DNA of 63,989 nt, counting the filler, from Licmophora abbreviata (Eukaryota): assembly GCA_900291995.1 (NCBI GenBank). It is 9 parts of 9 records of this genome, joined end to end, with 100 filler letters (N's around TTAATTAATTAA, not from the genome) between each part and the next. Parts side by side here need not be neighbours in the genome. Positions count along the whole stretch, not along the records: positions 9,756 to 22,529 come from OLMU01000073.1; 8 more parts are not named here. One strand, given 5' to 3'. The position numbers and the translations under genes are program-made. Positions 11,297-22,034 of this stretch are shown here, in pieces. How positions within the stretch are numbered: the first letter of the stretch is position 1; each line of letters opens with the position of its first letter. The notes beneath the pieces are model-generated. The model searched no databases, was not told the origin of the DNA, and worked only from the letters and a program-made list of their open reading frames with translations.

Positions 11297-14125
11297 CTAC
11301 TCTCCAGAATGTTCCGAGCCATAGTTTGCCTTCCCGAATTGTGCCTCCAAGGCCGCTACCTTCACCACGTAGGCAGAATTCTCGTGTTCTAACGCCTCGA
11401 TCTTTTTCTTCTTGAGGTAGACATCCTCTTTAAAAGAGGAATTCAAACGTACGATCTCGCTACGGAGCTGTGCAATTGTCTCCTCGTTCCCTTCGTTCTC
11501 TCGCTCCAATTGCTCAATCGTCGCATCTTTACCGACCACGTCGGAAAACTCACCATCGCTGTCACCAAAATTACTTGCACTGCCCCTATAATTTGGAAGC
11601 TGTGACATGGAAGCTCCCATCCTGCTAAGCAAGCCACCCCTCCTCGCTTTATGTTCGCTGTCACGTCTCTTCTTTTGCGCGGCAACTTCCTGGAGAAAGA
11701 GGGCTTGCTTTCCTTGCGAGTCAGCCTGCGAGCCAAGCCCATTGTCGCTCGAATGGAGCGAGTCCGCACGCGGTGAATCGTCCAAGGCGTCAATGGAGCA
11801 GGTGCTGCTTCTTTCTGCGGCTTGCTTCCACGAGTCACGCTCCTTCGTTAGGCGTTCAACTTCGATAATCAGATCGTCTCTCGCCGCCCGTAGACTCTGT
11901 GCGTCTTCTTCTGCTCGTCTGCCGTCGGCATTCGCCTTCTCCGCCAATGAGAGGGCACTCTGGACTTCGGAGACTTGCATTTCGATTTTCTTCGACGATT
12001 TCTTCAAGTTTTCGCGTTCTTCAAGAAGAAGCTGGATCTCTGATTCCATTTCTTCATTTACTCGGCGCATATCCTTGGCCTCATCCTCCAATTGTTCGTT
12101 CAGTCGAGTGCTCTCAGCGGACGACAGCGCAGCTCGGGCTTCAGCTTCGTCCGCGACTGCCTTCCATTCATCTCGTTCTTCGCGGGCCGACCTGATACAC
12201 TGCTCCAGTTCCGCGTTCAATCGACGCAAGTCAGTAAAATCATCCGAGGGCGAGGTAGGCGAAGACCCCGTGTCGCGATTTCTGAGAAGTTCTCCGATTC
12301 GTGTTTCTGCATTCGCCTTTCGCTGGCGTAGCACGTCGGCCTCTCGCCTGTGGTCAGAGTTTCCCTCCAACATACCATGAATAGCACGGTTCAACTCATC
12401 AGCCTCAAGTCTTAAGTTGGAGATCTCGGCTTCTTTGTCCAGCTTGTGGTCACCATTGCTACTCGATCCGTGCAATTCGTTGAGGTCGCGATTACGTTCG
12501 TTGGCTTCTCGAAGTGCACCCTGGAGCTCTACCATGTCTTCTTTTAGAGATCCAAGCTCGCCCTTCATTTCCATTCTCTGGGCGGCGTGTTCCTCCGACA
12601 TTCTCTCGGTCGTGGCTCTAGCTGTCGCTAGCTCTTCGCTCATCGTCGCCAGATTGAGAAGGAGCCTTTCCTTCTCTTCAATTAACTCTCGCAGCGCAAT
12701 CGTGTGCTCTTCAGCTGACAGCAGCGTCGACTGTTTCTCTTCCTTCATGAGTTCCAGTTCTTGTCGTGCCTCGTCAAGAGAGATTCGGAGCCTTGACTGA
12801 CTCGTTTCGAGCTCTTGCAGGGTCACTCTGTCCTTCTGCGCCTCTTCCACTATGGTTGCCTTCTCGTCAAGATCGCTTTTCAGCTTTTCAGTTGCTTTCT
12901 CTAGGAGCTCTAAGCTGCGATCCCTCTCCACTCCAAAATCCGCGGCACATGCTTTTGCTGCGTCAAGGTCCCTTTCGAGCACTTGGATACGTTCCGCCGC
13001 ACTCGCCATCTTCGTTCGTTGCATCTCGAGCTCGTCATTCTTTCGGCCCAACTCTTGCTGAAACACTTCCGTTTCTGTATTGGACTCACGATGCGATACG
13101 AGCCCAGTACTTTTCACATCAGCCAACTCCTTAGACAACAACAGTATCTTGGCTCTATCCGCTTCGTACATCTCGTTCAGACTGTCAATCTGCTGTAGCG
13201 AGTGAGAGAGTTCCTTCTTCAAACCCGCGATTTCTGCTAGATTGGCAACATTATCCTCCTTCAAATTTGCGATCTCGGTCTCATGGCTCGCACATTGCCG
13301 CCTGAGTCGCTTCACTTCTTTGTGGGCCCTCTCCAGATGTTGTTTCGCCTTTTCGTACTTGGCTTGTTTTGCCGCGAGTGTTTCCTGCTGCTTCTTCGTC
13401 GCAGCAGTTAGCTTCAACAACGCCTCGACATGTTTGTCATCTTCTGGGTATTGATTTCGAGCTTCTGCTATCTCGAGTGCCTGGATGCGATTGTCTTTCG
13501 CGTCCACCTCGATTTGTAACTGTCGCGTCGAAGCATGTAGCTTCTTGTTGGATTCTTGAAGCTCCTTGATCTTCTCCAACTTGCTCTTACGTCGTTTTGA
13601 TGTCGGTCCACCCGCCCTGACGGGCTCCGACACGGTCGTGAGGGAAGAAAAATACGTGTCACGCGTACGAACGGACGAGTCGAATTCACTGAAGCTCTCG
13701 CCAAGGCCGCTCACGTCTGGGTCGTCTTCCGATGGTGTCATCTTGCCTAGCAGGCTAGTCGCAGGATTACTGAAAATTGATTCGTATCCGATACTTGAGT
13801 CATCGCCTAGACTGTATTCATCCATCGTATCGGCGGAGTCATCGTGCTCCTGGAAGCTCTGCTGCCTTTCGCTGGAGCTCCGGGTAAGACCCGACGGACG
13901 GCCCCCACCTCCTAGACTCTTGGTACCCGAATGTCGCACGCTCTTGCTCTGCTGGGCAAAGGAAGCTGATCCCCAGTGCCGTCGTCGATCATCAGCATTC
14001 TGAGCGGAGTTTGAATGCATCATCGGAAGCTGCTTCAGACTGCTTTCCAACGAGAGGGCAGTCGCGGAAGCCACCGACGGGTCATTCACCATGGTAGGCT
14101 TGGACCGTGCGGATGATTTCATCAT
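11297..14125 (-). CDS. Large hypothetical coiled-coil protein
   Basis: About 940 aa intronless ORF: Ser-rich disordered head, long coiled coil and short C-terminal coil. First ATG is 14125. Confidence 0.8.
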   Translation of the reverse strand: MMKSSARSKPTMVNDPSVASATALSLESSLKQLPMMHSNSAQNADDRRRHWGSASFAQQSKSVRHSGTKSLGGGGRPSGLTRSSSERQQSFQEHDDSADTMDEYSLGDDSSIGYESIFSNPATSLLGKMTPSEDDPDVSGLGESFSEFDSSVRTRDTYFSSLTTVSEPVRAGGPTSKRRKSKLEKIKELQESNKKLHASTRQLQIEVDAKDNRIQALEIAEARNQYPEDDKHVEALLKLTAATKKQQETLAAKQAKYEKAKQHLERAHKEVKRLRRQCASHETEIANLKEDNVANLAEIAGLKKELSHSLQQIDSLNEMYEADRAKILLLSKELADVKSTGLVSHRESNTETEVFQQELGRKNDELEMQRTKMASAAERIQVLERDLDAAKACAADFGVERDRSLELLEKATEKLKSDLDEKATIVEEAQKDRVTLQELETSQSRLRISLDEARQELELMKEEKQSTLLSAEEHTIALRELIEEKERLLLNLATMSEELATARATTERMSEEHAAQRMEMKGELGSLKEDMVELQGALREANERNRDLNELHGSSSNGDHKLDKEAEISNLRLEADELNRAIHGMLEGNSDHRREADVLRQRKANAETRIGELLRNRDTGSSPTSPSDDFTDLRRLNAELEQCIRSAREERDEWKAVADEAEARAALSSAESTRLNEQLEDEAKDMRRVNEEMESEIQLLLEERENLKKSSKKIEMQVSEVQSALSLAEKANADGRRAEEDAQSLRAARDDLIIEVERLTKERDSWKQAAERSSTCSIDALDDSPRADSLHSSDNGLGSQADSQGKQALFLQEVAAQKKRRDSEHKARRGGLLSRMGASMSQLPNYRGSASNFGDSDGEFSDVVGKDATIEQLERENEGNEETIAQLRSEIVRLNSSFKEDVYLKKKKIEALEHENSAYVVKVAALEAQFGKANYGSEHSGE

Positions 14126-14613
14126 GACTGATGCGTCTGCTTCAAAGTATGTTGTTCGTCTCTTCTCAGTCACCTTCCAACAGAAAGCACATTCGCCCAC
14201 CCGCAATCTCGTATACGGCCCAGCGACAGGCAACAGATCGCGGGACTGTGCCTCTTTTTGCGTCTTGGTTCGCGGTTGTGTGACTGTCGGGTTTGGAAGA
14301 CACAGAAAAGCGTTGAGTTTTTGCGAATGTCTCGGGGAAATTTGCGATGACCATACGACACGTCATCATGCGACGACCCTTTTATGCATTCGAGCACTAT
14401 GCTTTTTCGAGCCGTCGACCTCGCAACCCAGGCGCAAGACGACAATATGATGCCTGCAATTTGCAAATGATGAGATGTAGCACCAAATCTAGCATCTAGT
14501 CAATGTAAACAAGTGTAGTACTGACCTGCGCAGTCTCAAGCTAAACTTACAACATACTCGTTGTAACTTTGTATGCTACCAATACGCAACTACCTCGTAT
14601 TACATGCCAGCAT

Positions 14614-15786
14614 CTACAAGAGAATTTTGTACTTCTCTTTGCTCGGAACATGATTGAGCGCCACCTTCCCATCATATCCAACGGTGGCATACACCCATGC
14701 GTCCGCAGATCCCCATGCCATTCCGTAGACTGAATCTGCATGTTCGTACCGAGCCACTCGAACGTTCGGCGCCGAGGTTTCCGACTTATCGTCCGCATCA
14801 CCTTCCAACGTCAAGAGCGGCGACGACGAAATGGTCGAGACGCGCCACAGATTGACTACCGAATCGGTCCCAGTCGATACTACCAGCTGATCATGGAACG
14901 GGTTGTAGTTCACATTGGTGACGTAATGACTATGGCCACCGCGTGTTACCAACAAAGGGCTCTTTGCCGATCGCATATCCCAAAACTTGACCAATCCATC
15001 TTGCCCAGCGGTGGCCAAGACATAGGGCTTGTTTGGATTGTAGTCCAAGTCAGTTATGCCATATCGATGTGCCTTGAAAGAAGAGACGGTCCCCGAAGGA
15101 ACAGATGTGTCAACTCGCCAGTCCAGTACTCGCACTGTGGAACCAACCGTGACACTAACTTCGTGAGCGTGGTGAGGATCCCATGCAACCCGTGGATGTG
15201 TCAGCTGGCTCTCAATCGAAAGCGTTTCGGACCTCACCGGCTTTGCAGTGTCATTAGAAACGTCCCATAGCTTAATAAGTCCGGCAATGTCAAGAGTCAC
15301 AAGCTGTCCGCCTGCAGTCGCTTCCTCGTCGGCCAGAAAACCTGCGTCCCTCCACACCATATCGACAAGCTGTGACTCGGGTTCATGCTCCAAACTCATG
15401 ACTTCTTCTAACGGCCCACTTTTCAATCCATTGCTATGACGATCGTCGGCATCCTGATTGTAGTCCAGCTCGTCGGTACAGTCGATGATGGTAGAGGGTA
15501 CCCGCCAAAGAGTGGCTTGATGGCTTGCCTCGGCACTCGTCAGAACCAATGACTTGTCGGAAGGGCAAGAACACAAACACCCCACAGGCCCCGTCGGATG
15601 CTCCAAACTACCGTCGATACCCAATTCATTCATTTCGGAATGGAATCGCACTACTGTTAGATGGTTTGTTTCACGAATCGAACAGGAGCCGACGACGAAT
15701 CTGGCTTCGGACCTGTCGGCTCGGACTGTCTCGATCGTCTTGCATGGCGCATTCAAAGACACTTCTGCCTCCTGATTTGTGAACAT
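14614..15786 (-). CDS. EIPR1: WD40 protein EIPR1/TSSC1 (EARP/GARP-interacting protein)
   Basis: WD repeats (DLDYNPNKPYVLAT, VKFWDMR, HSHYVTNVNYNPFHDQLVVS) and the family-typical C-terminus YDGKVALNHVPSKEKYKILL. Confidence 0.85.
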   Translation of the reverse strand: MFTNQEAEVSLNAPCKTIETVRADRSEARFVVGSCSIRETNHLTVVRFHSEMNELGIDGSLEHPTGPVGCLCSCPSDKSLVLTSAEASHQATLWRVPSTIIDCTDELDYNQDADDRHSNGLKSGPLEEVMSLEHEPESQLVDMVWRDAGFLADEEATAGGQLVTLDIAGLIKLWDVSNDTAKPVRSETLSIESQLTHPRVAWDPHHAHEVSVTVGSTVRVLDWRVDTSVPSGTVSSFKAHRYGITDLDYNPNKPYVLATAGQDGLVKFWDMRSAKSPLLVTRGGHSHYVTNVNYNPFHDQLVVSTGTDSVVNLWRVSTISSSPLLTLEGDADDKSETSAPNVRVARYEHADSVYGMAWGSADAWVYATVGYDGKVALNHVPSKEKYKILL

Positions 15787-16266
15787 TCTTTCTTTCTGAT
15801 AGATCCTAGACTTTACGCGAAGGCCAGTGATGGTGTATTGTATAGCGATGCACAAACCAAACGACAGCGCAGCTCCGCCGAGATGTTGAATGTCGTCGTC
15901 GGTCGTCGAGTGATGACTTCTGATTTTTCGATCGTGCTGTGGGTCACATGGCGACGCACTGACGGGCACAACATCCGATCGATACGATTTCATTCACATC
16001 ACACTTCTCGCTCGACCTTTTCACGATGTGGAGTGATATCAGTACCGGACACGACCTTCTCCGCGAGAGAGACTCCTTCTTTCGAACATCGTTTTTCGAG
16101 TGAGCTCCTTCTAGAGGACGACGCACTAGGGACTTGTGCTACTATGAATTGAGATACAACTTTTGTGAACCGGTAATTATCCACAGGAGTCGGACACTAA
16201 TGTTTCTCTTCTCAAGCTTCTGAACGCGACGACAAAACAAACCTCAGCGAGGCGGCATGGCTTCGT

Positions 16267-18012
16267 CTACGTGAATTCGCCATCCTCTTCGGAAATTCCA
16301 ATCGATTCGGCCTTGTTGTTCTCGTCGAGCGGCATGTACTCGGCGAGAATGCCTCGCACTTGCGATCGCATTTGTCTCTGCGACCTTTGGTACTGTATCA
16401 AGCCAACGCAACCAAACACAATAATGACAGCCAAGAGAGAACCTGCATACAAGGGCAGCGAAACTCCTGAAGCGCCTGAGCAATGGCCAGCAGAAACGCA
16501 GCCGCGCATATCCTGGCACGTCGAGCATCGCTTGCAAACGGTCGGTTCCGATCCGCTACGATATCCGGCACAGATGGCCTTGAACATGGTTTCGTACTCG
16601 AGTTCTCCTCGCAAAGCTGCCGTATTTACATACATGGCGGGAAGAATAACCACACCAGTGGCTTCTCTGGCGGCAAGCGATTCTTCAAGCACGATATTTG
16701 TCGAGTCCTTGTCGAGGCCTCCCGAATCGCTCATGCAGCTCTGAATTTTATCGCCGTCGACCCCGGCATGTTCCATGGCGTCCTTTACGCAGTCTTCGTT
16801 ATTGAAGTACGTCTCTCCGCAGCGACCCATAAACTCCTCCACATACTCCCACCACTGCTGTCCGATTCCGTTGTCTTTTCCGTACAAGTTCCAGATGCAA
16901 GTTTGACGAAGACTCTCCTTGACGACATCGGCGCCAGACACACCACGGTCGAGGTCGTTGTCGGGATCGGTAGCGCAGTAGCGACCATTGTTAGTACAGA
17001 GATTGTAGCACTGGTTCTCTCCATCCGGACCCTGACACCCCGACTTGACACCGTCGTAAATGTAGTTGTGAGGCGTAAAGTACGCATGCTTGTCAAGCGC
17101 CACCGCCGCCTCTTTGAAGGTAGTCAAAAAGTCTCGCGACACGACATCTGTCGGCGTAGTCCACAGCTCGTACTCGACACGATCGTCTGGGTTCGGAAGA
17201 GACCATGCCATTTCCATCCGCACCATGTGATTCGCCATGAGCTCGGCCTTGACTGGGTCGGCGTCCTCCTTGAACATGAGAAAAGATGGAATGGAGATAT
17301 CAGATCCCGACCCGTCGTCCGCCATGATGGGCTCTCGCGTTTCACAATCAGCCCCACGGTCCGAATGGCACTCGTCTCCCGCCGAACAGAGACATGTATT
17401 GTCGGCAATGATGACTCCCGCCGCACCCGATCTCTGCGCATTCCGGACTTTGCTCACAAAGGTACATCCGCCGCGATCGACCATGAGAATGTAAGGCGCC
17501 GGCCATGGTGCCATCTTTCCGTGCTTATCCTTGGGTCGAATGGGATAGCCGCCATGAGTATCGACGCTGGGGTCGCAGAGATCGCTGTCGGCGTAGTACA
17601 CGTTCTGTTGCAGTGAGGCGCCGTAGGGTGGGACTCCGAAAAGTGCTTCACGATGCTCGTATCCGCCCGCCTTGGTCAGGGTCTTTGGGATCTAGGGAGC
17701 CAAGAGGAGGAGGGTATGAAAGAGAGACAAGGAACGATGAGACAATCGACCAATTCGCAACACTCGGCAGTGCATTCGATCCCTTGTTGTCGCGACGAAC
17801 TTCCGAATGCGGTCATTGACCTGCAGTACAAAGTGTACGCAGCTTGTACGGGAATGTGACTGAGGATGCTCCCAACGCGCCTGCTCGGAATCTTCTTGCA
17901 AGCACTGTTTTGAACGTACATGCACTTGAAGTTTGCTCGACACGCCTCCACCGTGGACACCTGATGTCATCAAGGCAAGGGCTGCCAGTGACAGACTGCG
18001 AAAGGACGACAT
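16267..18012 (-). CDS. Vacuolar sorting receptor (VSR/BP-80 family), paralog 1
   Basis: Signal-peptide exon 18012-17920, intron 17919-17692. Then PA domain (MVDRGGCTFV.KVRNAQ.SGA), WSLPNPDDRVEYELW, CTNNGRYCATDP, a TM helix and the cytosolic ILAEYMPL motif. Confidence 0.92.
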
Positions 18013-18374
18013 GGTTTCTCTCAAAAGGGTCGCGATCGGACAGATCGACACAGCGACTAGGATCTGTGCGTGCTTTGTTTGCTCTGTCCATGACTTGATC
18101 GCGAATTCTGCGCAAGTTTGTACCCACTTGTCGTATGTAGAGACTCAGTACTGCTCAAGAGACTAGGACTGCCGACAGACAGACACCTATATCGATGGCA
18201 ACAAATTGTGGACTGCCATCATGACAGCTATCACATGACTTCCAGGCCGGTATCACTACGAAGTCTAACAGTCCATAGAGCTGCAGCTATGAGTCTAGCA
18301 ACCATTGATGGCTTCGATCTGTATTTGTATGTACGTCATGAGGATCTACTTGAAATATTATCATACACCTCTCC

Positions 18375-20367
18375 CTAACTCAAAAGACTCGCCGTTCCGC
18401 CTTTGCGTGCAAAGTCCATCGGTCCAGCACCGTGTTCCTCCTGGTCTTCCAGCGGCATGTACTCTGCCAAGATACCACGCACCTGGTCGCGCATATCTTC
18501 CCGTGTCTTTTTGTAATGCCACGCGCCGAGGCCACCAAACAGGGCAATAATGAACAGCATACTGCCGGCAAAGGTATGAGTCGACACACCGGCGCTGCTT
18601 CCGCCCGACATGGCGCAGCTTCCTCCGCTTGAGATACACTCCTCGGGCTTGTCGCATCTGGCGCATTTTTCGCAAATATCAGGGACAGTGCCTTCAGCGT
18701 ATCCTGCGCAAATGGCGGAAAAGACATTCGAAGTGGTAAGAGCTCCACGGATCGCGGCCGTGTTGACAAAGGCTGTGGGGAGGACGACGACACCGCGTTC
18801 AATTTGGTTTCCAATCTCGAGATCCAAAAATGCATTTGGGGCGTCGGCAGTTAGACCGCCACTGTCCTTCATGCACAAATCAATCTGACCACCGTCGACC
18901 TTGGCGTTCTTGTACGCATCTCGGACGCAATCCTCGTTCATGAAATAGTCAGGGTTATTGCAGCGTGCCATGAACTCTTTGACGTAGTTCCACCAAACTT
19001 CACCAATTCCGTCGGTTTCACCGTAGTGCTTCCAGATACAGATCCGACGTAGACTCTCCTTGACAACGTCGGCGCCGGAGATACCCTTTTCCAGGTCGTT
19101 GTCGGGGTCCGTGGCACAGTATCGGCCGTTGTTTGTACAGAGGTTGTAGCACATGTTCTCTCCGTCATTTCCCTGACAGTGAGAGCGGATTCCATCGTAG
19201 ATGTATTGGTGGGGGGTGAAGTATGAGTGGTCTCCGAGAGCGACGGCGACGTCCTTGAACTTGTTGAGAAAGTCGCGGCTGACGACATCGGTGGGAACTG
19301 TCCAGAGATCGTACTCGACGCGGTCATCGGGGGAGGGGAGCGACCATGCCATTTCCATCTGTACAGGGTGGTTTTGTTTGACCTCATCCTTGATGCTATC
19401 AGCGTCCCGCTTGAACATGAGGAAGGACGGAATGGAAATGTCGGAGCCGGATCCGTCGTCCGCCATGATGGGTTCGGAGGTCTCGCACGTGGGGACCCCT
19501 GACTTTTCAATGCAGTCCTTGTCGGTGCAAAGACATGTCGTGTCTGCAATAATCACACCAGCAGCGCCGGAACGCTGCGCATTTCGAACCTAACAAGTGG
19601 GAAGAGACCAAAGGTAGAGAGAGACACGACGTGTAAGTTTGTACACAGACGACTCAACCATACAATCGCACGAGCCCAATGGATGCGCCAATCGCACCTT
19701 CTTGACAAAGGTACATCCGCCACGGTCAACCATGAGAATGTAAGGACTTGGCCAAGGCTCATTGTTCTCTCGCTCGGGGTATCCCTTGGTGGTATCGACA
19801 TTCGGGTCACACAAATCGCTGTCTGCGTAGTAGACATTCTGTGCAATCTTTCCACCGTATGGAGGAACGCCAAAGAGAGCCTCCCGATGGTCGTATCCTT
19901 GCTCACGAAAGAGGCTATGAGGAATCTGAGATACGGTCGAAAGAGGGGAAGAGAACAAGTTAGAGTGCATCAATGCTGCGACAGAATTCGGAACCGAAAA
20001 AGCAAGATGTTCTCCCGCAATCCAAGAAACTCAGCAGCAATTGATAATCTTTGCAATAGACTGCCCGACTTCGAGGACACATTCGTTGCATGTCTACCTC
20101 TCCAATCGGGATGGAGGTGCACTCGTCGCTCGTCTCCCAGACATCGGATCCTCATCCTGTTTTCAAGTGCAGAAAGCTCTCAGCCAAACTGGCAGTCTTC
20201 ACGTAGAAACAATACTGCGTGCTACGCAAAGTTCCGGCGCGATGTGCAGCGAATCGTATCGAAGCATTCCTCCAACTTACATGGACCATGAGGCGGCTAG
20301 ACACATTATCCGGCGTCGCCGCCGACACTAGAGTGCTCACAAGAGCAACAAGAGCGCAACGAAGCAT
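18375..20367 (-). CDS. Vacuolar sorting receptor (VSR/BP-80 family), paralog 2
   Basis: Exons about 20367-20281, 19925-19698 and 19589-18375. Same motifs as paralog 1, including the YMPL tail. Confidence 0.92.
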
Positions 20368-20667
20368 GACTTCTATAGAAACAGGCTCCCAAATCACCAA
20401 CACAAAGCAAGTCTTGCTTCCCTTGCTTTTTGGAGATGCTCAGTTGTGTCTTGCGGATGAATTTTGCTGCTCGAAACTATTGCGCAAGTGAAACGCAGTA
20501 CATGTTCTACACAAAAGGTCATTTATGACGTATTGGACGGATCGTACTATATATATATGGTCATCGTAGAAATCTACTTATCAACCAAAACGTCCCGGTG
20601 ATGCACAGTCCAGAATCGACACTCGAGCTCCACGAAACATTGCCGCTGCTACTTTTTCGTGTCGACC

Positions 20668-21952
20668 ATGTTGGCAGCGACGGCCCTTCATCGCGCGGCT
20701 GCTACGGCGGTCGCTCGTCGTGCGTTGTTCTCAACATATTTACCTCGCATTACGCCACGACGTGATGGAGAAGCGGGTCCTGGAGGAAGATCGTCCAATG
20801 CGGGCGTCAAAGTTGCAGTCTTTGGGGCTGGCGGATTTCTTGGACGATACGTCTGCTGCGAGCTCGGTGCGTGCGTGTCCTCTTTTTTTGTCACAATGGA
20901 TTGTCTGTCACGTGAACGGCGTTTTTGTACTCTGTCTCGCACTCATTGCTTGTGCTTGTCTACCTTGCTATACTCTAGGAACTCAAGGCGCTCTCGCCTA
21001 CATTGGAAACCGCGGGGACGACTTTTCGATGCGGCACTTGAAACCCATGTTTGACTTGGGTCGCTCCAGATTTGTCTTTTATTCGCCGCGAGATGTGGAA
21101 AGCATGAAGGAAGTTATCGCCGATGCCGACGTTGTGGTGAATATGATTGGCAAGTATTTCGAAACGACTGCTCCGGTGCAGACGGACAAATTCCCCTACG
21201 TCAAGCTCCAAACGAACTTTTCGTTCGAGCAAGCCAATGTGGATATTCCAAGGACGATTGCCGAGATTTGTACCGAGCTGCAGGTGGACAATCTCATTCA
21301 TGTCTCGTCGGCTGCAGCATCACCTGATGCTGCTTCCGAGTGGGCGCGCACCAAGTTTGCGGGGGAACAAGCCGTCAAGGATGCCTACCCGTGGGCGACC
21401 ATCGTCCGTCCGACACAAATGTTTGGACCAGAGGACAAATTCTTGAATTGGTTTGCCAATGCAGCCCTCTCGTACCCGATCGTTCCACTGGTGGACGGCG
21501 GACATTCGTTGACACAGCCCGTCTTTGCTGTCGATGTTGCCAAGACAATTGCACGCATCATCGATGCGCCGGAGATGTTTGAAGGCAAGACGGTCGACTG
21601 CTTTGGTCCGAGCGATTACACGTACGCTGAGCTTGCAGCCTTTGTGTACGACATTACTCTACAGAACCCAACGGTCACGGATGTTCCAAAAAGCATCATG
21701 GCGTCTGTTTCCAGGTTCTTGCAGATTAGCAAAGGAGAACCCTTGATCACACCCGATCTGGTGGAACTCTGGAGCGAAGACTATATGCCAGCCATGACGG
21801 CGGACGAGTACAAGGCGCAAGTTGGGTCCGACAAGATTCTTACCATGGAAGATGTTGGAATCACACAAACACCGATTGACAAGAAGGCCTTCAGTTACTT
21901 GCATCGCTTCCGGAAGGGAGGACACTTTACCGTGGTCGAAGGCTATCACTGA
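20668..21952 (+). CDS. NDUFA9: NADH:ubiquinone oxidoreductase 39 kDa subunit (atypical SDR)
   Basis: Mitochondrial presequence, GPGGRSS.AG.KVAVFGAGGFLGRYV, HLKPMFDLG, ATIVRP..FG.ED.FLN. Intron 20867-20978. Confidence 0.93.
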
Positions 21953-22034
21953 AGGTAAGGTTTGCGCTTGAGAACAGATTAGTAGGTATGTCTTTATTAT
22001 CATGAGTTACATAGGAGTTAGCAGCGGCAATTAG

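Noticed and set aside
16483..17616. Long antisense ORFs (e.g. 377 aa opposite VSR1, and others opposite coiled-coil genes)
   Set aside because: Expected shadow ORFs from codon bias in roughly 50% GC coding DNA, with no protein-like features.
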